Positions 1 to 8,579 of a stretch of DNA of 64,000 nt are shown one piece after another. The stretch is from positions 11,788 through 75,787 of the forward strand of contig CAZVWQ010000004.1 in NCBI GenBank assembly GCA_964631275.1, read 5' to 3'. The stretch comes from an uncultured Candidatus Saccharibacteria bacterium (GTDB taxonomy: Bacteria > Patescibacteriota > JACMRA01). Numbering within the stretch: the first letter of the stretch is position 1; each line of letters starts with the position of its first letter. The translations under genes and the position numbers were made by a program. Below the pieces are notes generated by a model. The model was not told the DNA's origin. It saw nothing but the letters and a program-made list of their open reading frames with translations, and did not search any database.

Positions 1-828
1 CCTACCTAAACCAAAATCTACTGTAGCCTTCAGAAAACCTATGATATTACCGCAATCGTAACCTTTAAGTTTAGGTTTTAGAGCGTATATTGGTTTTTTT
101 TCTTCCGTCATTTTAACAAAAGCATCAGCTAATCGCAACTCTCCATCGTCAGCAGTAGACTCAGCTTCTTCTAGGATTTTTATAACTTCTGGAGTAATTA
201 CGAAATAACCAGCATTAATTAAATTAGATGGGGCCATGCTTGGATCTTTAGGTTTTTCTATAAAACCACTAACTTTGACTATTTCTGGGTTATCTGTCTC
301 TTCGTAAGCTATTACCCCATATTTACTAATATCTTTACGATCAACAGTATCACCACAAATAATTGGCTCTCTGTATTTTCTATAAGCCTCGATAATTTTT
401 TGTAAGGCTTTGTTTTCTTTGGGCATCAAATAATCAGGAAATACCACTAATACTGGCTCATTAGGGTCAAGGAATGGTTTAGCACATAGCAGAGCATCTC
501 CATCACCTTTTTGTACAGGTTGCCTAACATAGGCAAAGTTAGCTAAGTTATAGATTTTTTTGACTTCCTTGAGCGAGACTTGCTTTCCTTTGTTGATTAA
601 TGCCTCTTCTAGTTCTACGCTTTTATCGAAGTGATTTTCAATACTAGTTTTACCTCTACCAGTAACGAAGATAATTTCTTTGATTCCAGCTTCAACTGCT
701 TCTTCTACTAGATATTGGATGATTGGTTTGTCTACAACAGGTAACATTTCTTTTGGCTGAGCTTTGGTAGCAGGTAAAAACCTAGTTCCAAAACCAGCAA
801 CTACAAATACTGCTTTAGATACAGACAT
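1..828 (-). CDS. galU: UTP--glucose-1-phosphate uridylyltransferase (GalU-type), 3' end runs off the window
   Basis: Absent from ORF track because no stop in window. Reverse-strand translation from ATG (complement of 826-828) gives MSVSKAVFVVAGFGTRFLPATKAQPKEMLPVVDKPI..., the GxGTRxLPxTK nucleotidyltransferase signature. Frame stays open to position 1. Confidence 0.85.
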   Translation of the reverse strand, partial: MSVSKAVFVVAGFGTRFLPATKAQPKEMLPVVDKPIIQYLVEEAVEAGIKEIIFVTGRGKTSIENHFDKSVELEEALINKGKQVSLKEVKKIYNLANFAYVRQPVQKGDGDALLCAKPFLDPNEPVLVVFPDYLMPKENKALQKIIEAYRKYREPIICGDTVDRKDISKYGVIAYEETDNPEIVKVSGFIEKPKDPSMAPSNLINAGYFVITPEVIKILEEAESTADDGELRLADAFVKMTEEKKPIYALKPKLKGYDCGNIIGFLKATVDFGLGR

Positions 829-1039
829 GAAATTATTTAATTAGTAATTATCAACTAACTAGACGCTTTTTCTTAGAGTTTGTCAAATTTGATAAATTTA
901 TTACCTCCACTTTTTGCTAACCAAGTCATGATTAAAATCAATAGATCAAAGACTATAGAAGCTGCTTGATTAGTTATTCTTTAAAACAAACATTTTTAAC
1001 TTCTATTTGCTTCAAAAATTGTATTTTGGAACTACTCTG

Positions 1040-1143
1040 ATACTCACTACAAAGTAAATTCTACAGTTAGTTCAAAATAAAGAAATCAAAAAGAAAATAT
1101 TTGAAAATTCAAAAAGTCCTAATTTGGATTGGTTTGAGCACAA
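1040..1143 (+). repeat. F-family dispersed repeat, diverged copy
   Basis: ...atcaaaaagaaaatatttgaaaattcaaaaagtcctaatttggattggtttgagca aligns with the 3' parts of copies at 6840-6959, 9836-9955, 35243-35388 and 40558-40683. Confidence 0.5.
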
Positions 1144-1194
1144 CGACTGTATACAAAATTATATTTGTATTTTTATGTGGAACGTATTAAGAAT

Positions 1195-1938
1195 CTAGAA
1201 AATGATACTAGTAATAGGTGGAACTGGCGTTTCAGGCTTACTAATTATAACTGGCTGCAGGTTAGAGTTTGAAAAATCTGGAGCTGTAGAATCTGTAGAA
1301 TCAAAATTAAGCTTTTGCTTATCTTCTAGTGCTTTATTGGTATTAGAAAGTTCCTCATCACCAGGAGTAAGATTAGACTTATCATCATTAGTGATAAAAA
1401 ACGATTCAGAAAAAAATTCAGATAAGTTCGTAAAGTTATCAAGTGGTATTAAATCTAAAACTAAATCATCAAAATCAGCATCATAACCATCTTCAAAAAA
1501 TATTCTTAAGACTCCATTTTTATTTTCTATGATTACATTTTCTTTGTTTGTAGAATAAACTTCTGAAAGGGCACCAGCATATTTAGGATAGATTTTTATG
1601 ACTAGCTTATCACCATCAGCAAGACTAAACTGATACTCTTCAAGCTTGCTATATTGGCTTGAAATCTCTATTTCTTCATCGTTTACAATCAAGCTTAACC
1701 TCCCTCCTTTACTATCTTGAGAATACTTTTTTAGTAAAAACTCACCATTTATTTTTGATTCTAATTGCCTAGAAGTGTTAACTATAACTTTGTCATTTAA
1801 ATCTATAATTTGATCAAGGTCATTAGCAAAAAGATAAACGCTACTAAAGTTAAACAAATTCAGAAACAAAGCCAAGCTAAGTACAGAGCAAAAAGTAAAC
1901 AAAAAAACCACAACGATAAATTTAATTTTTGTAACCAT
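1195..1938 (-). CDS. hypothetical secreted/membrane-anchored protein
   Basis: 247-aa ORF with hydrophobic N-terminal segment (FIVVVFLFTFCSVLSLALFL). The acidic motif FFEDGYDADFDDLVLDL recalls DUF4114-type domains (from memory only). Confidence 0.5.
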   Translation of the reverse strand: MVTKIKFIVVVFLFTFCSVLSLALFLNLFNFSSVYLFANDLDQIIDLNDKVIVNTSRQLESKINGEFLLKKYSQDSKGGRLSLIVNDEEIEISSQYSKLEEYQFSLADGDKLVIKIYPKYAGALSEVYSTNKENVIIENKNGVLRIFFEDGYDADFDDLVLDLIPLDNFTNLSEFFSESFFITNDDKSNLTPGDEELSNTNKALEDKQKLNFDSTDSTAPDFSNSNLQPVIISKPETPVPPITSIIF

Positions 1939-2095
1939 TTATAATAACGCTCACTTATTTTAATAAGTAAGTGAAATGTCTATCACAGTTAATATTTTTT
2001 GTCAATTATTATAAGCAATTTAAAAATGCGATTAAAAACTATTTGACTATATTAGTAGTATTCATTAGGAGCCTTTTATAAAGGAATTATTTATA

Positions 2096-2618
2096 TGAAA
2101 AAATATCTTGCTAGCCTAGCAGCCATAGTAATTATTTTGGTTTTTGGCTTTTTGGCTTTTAGCCGTGGATTTTTTTACCAGAAAAAAATAATAAATATTC
2201 CAAGAATAGTCCTGAATATACAATTATTCAAATAAATGAAGCCTCAAAAGAAGGTAGCTACCAAAAACTAAATGAATATATAAACTTTGAAGAAATAGTA
2301 AGAAATTTTACTGAACAAGAGCTAGGAGATAGTTTAAACAACGAAGAAATAAAACTAAACGAGCAAGAAAAACAACAATTTATAGATCAGACAATTAACG
2401 ATACCTTGGTTACCTACAAACAAAAAGCTGAAAATATGAATCTTTTTAACGAATTAAATATAGATGATATAAAAATCCAAGAAACCCAAAAGTTTACAAT
2501 AGAAAGTTTAGTTAATGAAGGCAAGGAAAAATATTATTTTCGTAAAACTCAAGATAAATGGGAAATGTATAAGATAGAGTTAATTGAGTCAGATACAGTT
2601 GGTATTAGTGCAAACTAA
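2096..2618 (+). pseudogene. small membrane-anchored protein gene split by a +1 frameshift in homopolymer tracts
   Basis: ATG at 2096 encodes MKKYLASLAAIVIILVFGFLAFSRGFF... and stops at about 2236. The frame of ORF 2406..2618 is open back to 2163, so the two frames overlap across T7 (2170-2176) and A7 (2182-2188). Confidence 0.4.
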
Positions 2619-2967
2619 ACTCTAATTTTTTTGGAAGTAGCCCTTTTTTTAGAAAACAATTTGCCTTTGTTTGTTTTAAGTAAAAAGTATTAAATTTGTA
2701 AAAATTTTTATATTCTGTAAGGTTTTGAGGCATGTTTAATTAAAAAAGATTAATACAAAAGAGACAAAATTATCACTAAAATTGACAAAGAAATTAAATA
2801 AAATGATTTTTAAGGAATTAGTTTTTGTTAAATATTTTTTTGAACTTTTATAATTTATAGCAGTTTCTTACTAAATTTAGATAAATCCCCAACTCTATAG
2901 TTATTTTTAGAATACTCTAAGAGTCCTAAAATATCTAATTGTGTATGGATCAGCTTGTAATTGATTA

Positions 2968-3074
2968 TATACTAAACTGTTAACTACTCAGTGAGTTTTT
3001 CTGACTGTAACTTCTTTTTTTTAACCAAACTAAAACCTTCAGTTAAATCATAATTTTGTTAGCACTTGGGTATA
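2968..3074 (+). repeat. A-family MITE-like repeat (about 105 bp)
   Basis: tatactaaactgttaactactcagtgag...ttagcacttgggtata. Termini form an imperfect ~19-bp TIR (TATACTAAACTGTTAACTA vs TATACCCAAGTGCTAACAA). Other copies at 6661, 12447, 14315, 28166 and 31854. Confidence 0.8.
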
Positions 3075-3081
3075 ACAATCG

Positions 3082-3178
3082 AAGCTTCCGCAAAAAATTA
3101 ATCTTACTACTAAATGCAGATATTTTATCGTAAAATTCGCTATTGTTTAGTATTTTTCTTAGAAAACTGCGGAAGTTT
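3082..3178 (+). repeat. E-family long-hairpin repeat
   Basis: aagCTTCCGCAaaaaa...ACTACTAAA...TTTAGTAT...aaaacTGCGGAAGtttt. Outer 8-bp arms plus inner complementary blocks. Near-identical copy at 26395-26484 and inverted copy at 16625-16704. Confidence 0.75.
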
Positions 3179-3201
3179 TAAAATTTTTAAATATAAAATC
3201 T

Positions 3202-3885
3202 ATGCCTCTCATCTCAGCCAAAGAAGTAACTAAGTTATATGGTACTAAAAAAAATCCAATCAAAGCTCTAGGACCCATTACATTAGAAATTGAACCAAAG
3301 AGTTTCACAGTAGTTTTGGGCAGATCTGGAAGTGGCAAGTCGACCATGTTAAATATTTTTTCTGGTTTAGATAAACTTACTGGTGGAGAACTAAAAATAA
3401 ACGATAAAAACTTAAGCAAAGCTTCTAGCAAAGATTTAGCAGCTTATAGAAGTAAAATTGGGATTATTTTTCAATCTTATAATTTATTACCTAACCTAAA
3501 CACAGTTGAAAACGTGATGATGGGTGGCTGGGCTGGAGGACAGCAAACTACCCAAGATGAAGCTTCGGAGATCCTTAAGTCCTTAGGGATGAGTCATCGG
3601 CTAAAAGCTAACATTAAGACTTTATCTGGGGGAGAAAAACAAAGAGTAGCCATTGCTAGAAGTCTAATCGGTAATCCTGAAGTATTATTTTGTGATGAGC
3701 CGACTGGAGCCTTGGATTCAAAAAATGAAGAGCAGGTAAAAGATATCCTTGTTAATCTTCATAAAGATAAACACATTACTATTTTTATGGTCACCCATAA
3801 TCCAGAATTTGCTAATATTGCTGATCAGGTCATAGAAATGCAAGATGGAGAAATCAAAGAAATCAAAAAAAATAAAAAATCCTAA
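3202..3885 (+). CDS. ABC transporter ATP-binding protein (MacB/LolD/FtsE-like ATPase)
   Basis: Walker A GRSGSGKST, ABC signature LSGGEKQRVAIARSL, Walker B LFCDEPTGALD, H-loop THN. Confidence 0.9.
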   Translation: MPLISAKEVTKLYGTKKNPIKALGPITLEIEPKSFTVVLGRSGSGKSTMLNIFSGLDKLTGGELKINDKNLSKASSKDLAAYRSKIGIIFQSYNLLPNLNTVENVMMGGWAGGQQTTQDEASEILKSLGMSHRLKANIKTLSGGEKQRVAIARSLIGNPEVLFCDEPTGALDSKNEEQVKDILVNLHKDKHITIFMVTHNPEFANIADQVIEMQDGEIKEIKKNKKS

Positions 3886-3891
3886 AATGCC

Positions 3892-5151
3892 GTGCCAACT
3901 AAAAGCTTTGAATATTTAGATAAAGAAGTGGTCTATCTAGATCATGCTTGCCAGAGCCTTAGACCTTCTAGTGTTATCGAAGCTGAATTAAAATACTACA
4001 CTAATTATAACTCTTGTGCTGGCAGGGGAAATAATTATTTTGTAGAAGAGGTAGACAAAGTCATCCAAAGTTGCCGTAAAGAAATACTTAGATTTGTAGG
4101 AAAAAATAGTGAACAATACTCTGTTGTTTTTTGTCCTAATACTACTTATGGCATTAATTTAATTTTGACTAACCTTAACTGGGGAAGTTATAGCCAGATC
4201 TTAACCACCAGCAAGGAACACAACTCTGTTTTTTTACCAGCTATCTCATATGCTAAAAAATTCCAAAAAAAATTAAATATTCTTAAAAGACAAAATAACG
4301 AGCTTGATATTTTTAGCTTAACTAATTTTAATAATACTGTAGCTATTTTTAATACTACTTCAAATATCGACGGTAGTGGACTTAAAAATCTTGATATAGT
4401 TATTAACAGTTTAAAGAAAAATAATAACTTAGTACTTTTAGATGCTACTCAAACTTTAGCTCATCACCAACTTAACCTAATTGATGTTGACTTTGATTGT
4501 ATATTTGCCTCTGGACATAAGCTCTATGCCCCATCTATTGGCTTTATGATCATTAAGAAATCTTTAATAAAAAACTTAGATCAATTTTGGGTAGGAGGTG
4601 GTACTGTTCAGAGGGTGGCTCCAGATAGTTACGAATTAATTAATTACGAGGGGGATATAGGTTCTAGGCTAGAGTTTGGTTTGCAGGATTATGCTGCAAT
4701 TTATGGCTTAGAACAAGCTCTCAAATGGCTAAGAAATTACAGAATAAAAAACGAATATCCTAAGTTAGATTATGACTCTAATTTAGCTAGAAGTTTGAGT
4801 GAAAGAATTATGGGTTTTGGGCCCAGTACTGAAGCAATTTATTATATTGATAATCTATCGGAAGTTTTATTTGAAAACATGGAAATGCTTGTTAATGCTG
4901 GTAAATTAAAATTATTAAATAAAGAATCTTCCTCAATAATTTCTTTTATTCCAGTTAATATCGATAGTTATAGTCTCAACTCTAAATTATCAGATTTTGG
5001 GATCATGTGTAGAAGTGGATATATGTGCGCTCATAACTATATTAGAGAAGAATTAAGGCTGCCTCCAATAATCCGAGCTTCCTTAGGTTTGCATAACACA
5101 CCCAGAGATATTATGCTATTTCTTAATAGGCTAGTAGATCTACTGTCCTAA
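3892..5151 (+). CDS. class V aminotransferase / cysteine desulfurase-like PLP enzyme
   Basis: 419 aa with GTG start. YLDHACQS near the N-terminus and the SGHKLYAP motif (PLP lysine) are typical of SufS/CsdA/NifS-type enzymes. Starts 7 nt after the ABC ATPase stop. Confidence 0.7.
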   Translation: MPTKSFEYLDKEVVYLDHACQSLRPSSVIEAELKYYTNYNSCAGRGNNYFVEEVDKVIQSCRKEILRFVGKNSEQYSVVFCPNTTYGINLILTNLNWGSYSQILTTSKEHNSVFLPAISYAKKFQKKLNILKRQNNELDIFSLTNFNNTVAIFNTTSNIDGSGLKNLDIVINSLKKNNNLVLLDATQTLAHHQLNLIDVDFDCIFASGHKLYAPSIGFMIIKKSLIKNLDQFWVGGGTVQRVAPDSYELINYEGDIGSRLEFGLQDYAAIYGLEQALKWLRNYRIKNEYPKLDYDSNLARSLSERIMGFGPSTEAIYYIDNLSEVLFENMEMLVNAGKLKLLNKESSSIISFIPVNIDSYSLNSKLSDFGIMCRSGYMCAHNYIREELRLPPIIRASLGLHNTPRDIMLFLNRLVDLLS

Positions 5152-5179
5152 TATAGTAAATTCCTATACAAACTAGACA

Positions 5180-5271
5180 ATAATCACATCTTAAAACTTA
5201 TTTTTACTGCTGATTAATATCGATTTATGGGGTTATAAGTTTTGTAAATTTGAGTTATAGGACAAGACTAA
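5180..5271 (-). repeat. B-family MITE-like repeat (about 90 bp)
   Basis: ataatcacatcttaaaac...tttgtaaatttgagttataggacaagactaa. Family TIR is TTAGTCTTGTCCCATAAC vs ATAATCATGTCTCAAAAC (about 13/18). Confidence 0.8.
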
Positions 5272-5282
5272 TAAATCCTTTA

Positions 5283-5337
5283 TCTAAGTTAAATTATTAA
5301 CGGGTAATTACGGTAACGATTAGCGGCAAGGGTATAA
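5283..5337 (-). repeat. C-family repeat, right half only
   Basis: ttaacgggtaattacggtaacgattagcggcaagggtataa matches the ends of full copies at 17750, 21142, 42788 and 46770. Overlaps the last codons and stop of ORF 5320..6549. Confidence 0.75.
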
Positions 5338-6549
5338 GCATTTTTTGACTCTACGGTTAGCCTCTTCTTTTGGTAATATAGCTAAAAGTTCGAATGGACT
5401 TGGGGATTTTTTTTTGCCTGAGAGAGCTATTCTAAGTGGCCATAAATAATCTCCAGCTGATTTGTTATTATCTTTTAACCATATTTTGATTTTGGATTCC
5501 CAGTTTTTAGTAATTCCTTCAAAGATTTCGGGCAAATTAATATTAGTCGAATTAATTTCTGAACCTTGATTAGCAGAAACCAGCTTTCGAGTAATTTTTA
5601 GTAAATACTTTTCGGCTAACTGGTCTTCTTTGTTATACAAATTTAAAATTACATTTTCCCAAATTTCTTGTAGATTTTGCTTGCTTTCAGTTAAGGTGTT
5701 TTTTTTCCATTTAAGGTCGTCATCAATGGGTCTCTGCCATTTAGTAATACATTCTGAATCAGTACCTAATTCACTTAAGGTTGCAATTCTATTTTTATCA
5801 AGCAACAAAGAAAGATAAAAAAGTAAAATTGACTCAGTTGGTTCGAACAAATCTAAATCATTTTGCAAACAAAAGTTTTTCCAGATTGGATAAGTTAAAT
5901 ACTCGTTAGTTTCAATAACTTCTGGCAATGGATGCCAATCAAAATTCCAATTTTTATTTTTTTCTTGCAAAACAAAAGGTGCCACCTCTTCTTCAGATAA
6001 TTCGTAGTAATACATATGCATTTCCTTACCATCAAACTGCTGGTTATCGATAATAAAAGGTTGTTTAGATAAAAGTCTAAATGTAGCGATTTTTTTGATT
6101 TTGTTTTTATCAAGACTTATTTTTTTAGGAATTTCTTCAGAAACTTCTCTAAGCAAACATTCTAATAAATTTTCATTTTTGTTCTTACCTCCACCAACGT
6201 AATAAAATTCACCATCTTGACCTGCCAAAGTTTTTTCTTTATTAGCTAGAACTTTTTGTTTTTTTGGATCGGCAATCATCAAGTAGCCACCTATTCTAAA
6301 GTTTAAATCTCGATAATTTAACTCTTTTTGCTTGGCTTGCACTTTGGACCAGTTAAGTAATTTATACTGACTAGCCCTTAAAGCAAACTCTGAAAGACTA
6401 ATTAGCCTTAGGTATTCTTTATTGAACCACTCTAATTTTTGCCTACTAAATCTAGCTGGGGATTTGGATAATTTAGTTAGATCAAAATCTTGAGTAATAT
6501 TATTAAGCAGAGTATTGATTCTAGCTTGGATTTTGGTTTGCAAGTTCAT
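5320..6549 (-). CDS. gltX: GluRS C-terminal (anticodon-binding) region with an embedded Nudix-box domain; no catalytic domain
   Basis: FDLTKLSKSPARFSRQKLEWFNKEYLR and DYLWPLRIALSGKKKSPSPFELLAILPKEEANRRV match the GluRS region after the Rossmann fold. Between them, GGKNKNENLLECLLREVSEEI fits the Nudix box Gx5Ex7REUxEE. No HIGH or KMSKS region is present. Confidence 0.6.
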   Translation of the reverse strand: MNLQTKIQARINTLLNNITQDFDLTKLSKSPARFSRQKLEWFNKEYLRLISLSEFALRASQYKLLNWSKVQAKQKELNYRDLNFRIGGYLMIADPKKQKVLANKEKTLAGQDGEFYYVGGGKNKNENLLECLLREVSEEIPKKISLDKNKIKKIATFRLLSKQPFIIDNQQFDGKEMHMYYYELSEEEVAPFVLQEKNKNWNFDWHPLPEVIETNEYLTYPIWKNFCLQNDLDLFEPTESILLFYLSLLLDKNRIATLSELGTDSECITKWQRPIDDDLKWKKNTLTESKQNLQEIWENVILNLYNKEDQLAEKYLLKITRKLVSANQGSEINSTNINLPEIFEGITKNWESKIKIWLKDNNKSAGDYLWPLRIALSGKKKSPSPFELLAILPKEEANRRVKKCLYPCR

Positions 6550-6611
6550 TTGAGTTTTGGCTTGTTAGTTTAACTTAGTTAATCAAAATTAATTTTTGTC
6601 TACTTTTTTCT

Positions 6612-6660
6612 TATACCCAATCCCTTACCATTAACCTAAATTTAGCTCTGCATAAGGGAA
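6612..6660 (-). repeat. C-family repeat, left half only, abutting an A-family copy
   Basis: tatacccaatcccttaccattaacctaaatttagctctgcataagggaa, followed directly by the A copy at 6661. Confidence 0.7.
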
Positions 6661-6770
6661 TATACTAAACTGTTAGTTACTCAGTGAGTTTTTCTGATTG
6701 TTTTTTTTAATGAAACTAAAACCTTCAGTTAAATTCCTTCAGTTAAATTATAATTGCTATGAAATTGATA
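6661..6770 (+). repeat. A-family repeat with internal duplication and degenerate 3' end
   Basis: tatactaaactgttagttactcagtgag...aaaaccttcagttaaattccttcagttaaatt (ccttcagttaaatt occurs twice). Confidence 0.7.
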
Positions 6771-6839
6771 TTTTTCTTATATACAAGAGATAAATTGATT
6801 TACTTTTTTAATTATAAGGTAAGATTAATATTATACTCC

Positions 6840-6959
6840 ATACAAGCCAAATTTCAGTTTTTCTTGAAGTTTAAATCTCCATTTTAGCTAGACTTAATTA
6901 GCATCAAAAAGTATTTTAAAAATTAAAAAAGCCCTAGTTTGAATTGGTTTGAGTATAAA
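6840..6959 (+). repeat. F-family dispersed repeat (about 120-145 bp)
   Basis: caagccaaatttcagtttttcttgaagtttaaat...catcaaaaagtattttaaaaattaaaaaagccctagtttgaattggtttgagtataaa. Confidence 0.7.
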
Positions 6960-7122
6960 TTACTGTATTACTCAGACTTAAAACTACCTTCAAACAAGCA
7001 TTTTTTTGCTAGTGCAAAGGTATTAAGAGTATTTTTTTGCCTAAAAAACTATTTTAAAAGGTTTTAAAAAAACTAATTTTGCCTACAAAGCTTTTTAGGA
7101 ATATCTAAAATGTAGATTAAAT

Positions 7123-8253
7123 TTAAAGTCTGTGATCTCTTTTGTCAAAAAACTTGTCAGGAATTATTTTATAGGGGTCATATTTGGTCTGCATTGGCGA
7201 GTCGATGTTTATATAACTAATTTCAGGAAAAATTTGACCATACTGAGTAATTAAAGAAGTACTCATAGAACCTTTGTTTTCAGCTTCTAAGATTATCGAC
7301 CCAAGGTCTAAATTTTTAATTTCTGAAATTATCTTATGAATATGGTACAGGCCGCCAATCCTAGAAAAACCAAATACGATACCATCAACAATTTTATTTT
7401 CGATTAGCCTTTGGATATCGGTATAATTTGAAGCTACCTCTTTAGCATAAATTCTAACTGAACTAAATTCTTTGATGGTTTTAAGATCAGAAAGCTGTTT
7501 TGGATCTGTAGGCTGAATCAAGATTGGCACTTCAAGGATTTTCATAGCTTCAACCATTTTTAAAGAATCTGCTAAGGAATAACCACCATTAGCTTCTACA
7601 GCCACTACCTGAGATTGACCTGCTTCTTGGACTACTTTTTTTAGTCTAAGAATGTCTTTTTGCACGTCTCTTCCAGCTTTTATTCGGAATTTGTTAAAAC
7701 CTAATTTTTTTGCTTGAGGGACGATCTTTTGAATATCAAAAAGGCCACAAATTGGAATTGTATAAAAACTCTTTTTTAGATTAAAATCAACATTTCTATA
7801 GTTTTTGTAAGGACTTTGCTTTAGCCAGTTACCTAACTTACCTGCCAAGCTAGTACTAAATTTTTCAGGTTTATATAATTTGTATAAATATTGCTGCAAA
7901 GTTAGATTTTCTTTTTTGGCTAACAGATCATGGACAGCCATATCCAAGCCAGCTAAAACATTTTTAGAAATTTTATTTCTGATTTTTATAGTTTCAATAA
8001 AATCCTGAACTGAGCTAAATTCAGTGATGGTAGAAAATTTTTCAAAAAAAGCCTGGAGTTCAGCTTCTACTCCTGCTTGATTTTTGAATAAAGGATAATC
8101 CAAAGAAATTAGTCCATATCCAATTACATTAGCCTCTTGAACTTGAATCTCAATATTTTCTATTTTATGAGATCTATATTGGCTAGTGATCATACTAAAC
8201 TGCCTAGGTATACCAACTCTTTCCCAGAGAATATTGTCTACTACAAAAGACAT
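7123..8253 (-). CDS. enolase-superfamily (MR/MLE, dipeptide-epimerase/OSBS-like) protein
   Basis: 376 aa. FRIKAGRDVQKDILRLKKV...VAVEANGGYSL...VPILIQPT follows the KxK / xDxNxxw / xEQP layout of the barrel domain, but apparently with E and Q at two metal-ligand positions. Confidence 0.45.
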   Translation of the reverse strand: MSFVVDNILWERVGIPRQFSMITSQYRSHKIENIEIQVQEANVIGYGLISLDYPLFKNQAGVEAELQAFFEKFSTITEFSSVQDFIETIKIRNKISKNVLAGLDMAVHDLLAKKENLTLQQYLYKLYKPEKFSTSLAGKLGNWLKQSPYKNYRNVDFNLKKSFYTIPICGLFDIQKIVPQAKKLGFNKFRIKAGRDVQKDILRLKKVVQEAGQSQVVAVEANGGYSLADSLKMVEAMKILEVPILIQPTDPKQLSDLKTIKEFSSVRIYAKEVASNYTDIQRLIENKIVDGIVFGFSRIGGLYHIHKIISEIKNLDLGSIILEAENKGSMSTSLITQYGQIFPEISYINIDSPMQTKYDPYKIIPDKFFDKRDHRL

Positions 8254-8579
8254 AAGAATATTTTTTAAGACTACCTAGCAATAGTAGATTTCTACTAAAT
8301 AAACTAAAATATAGTTTTAAATTAAATTAAACTAAACTATAAAAATATAGTTTTTAGGTCAAACTTTAAAATAGTCTTACCTTGCCACTCAAAAAAATAA
8401 CCTATTTATTTTAAATTATAAAGAACATTGAATTTGCAAAAACTTACCATTTTTGTTTGGTGTTAATCAAAAAAAAGATTTTTGAAAGGTTTTGAGATAA
8501 AATTAATGAAACTGTAATTAATTAGCCAAAATAGAATTTTAAAATTTCAATCTGCAATAGATTTGGTTAGTTAAAAAAC

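Noticed and set aside
1202-1486. ORF-track entries lying antisense or out of frame inside longer well-supported genes: 1202..1486, 3159..3431, 5630..5818, 5895..6113, 8765..8962, 13364..13603, 15095..15280, 15812..16054, 16169..16408, 21904..22092, 24463..24669, 26699..26908, 30377..30760, 31184..31456, 38394..38588, 39825..40046, 44659..44922, 45647..45847, 49408..49599, 50168..50368, 51437..51637, 60511..60777, 63354..63575, 63526..63717
   Set aside because: Each is fully contained in a longer ORF that has recognisable motifs or paralogy. Their translations are low-complexity S/L/I/K/F strings typical of shadow frames in AT-rich DNA.
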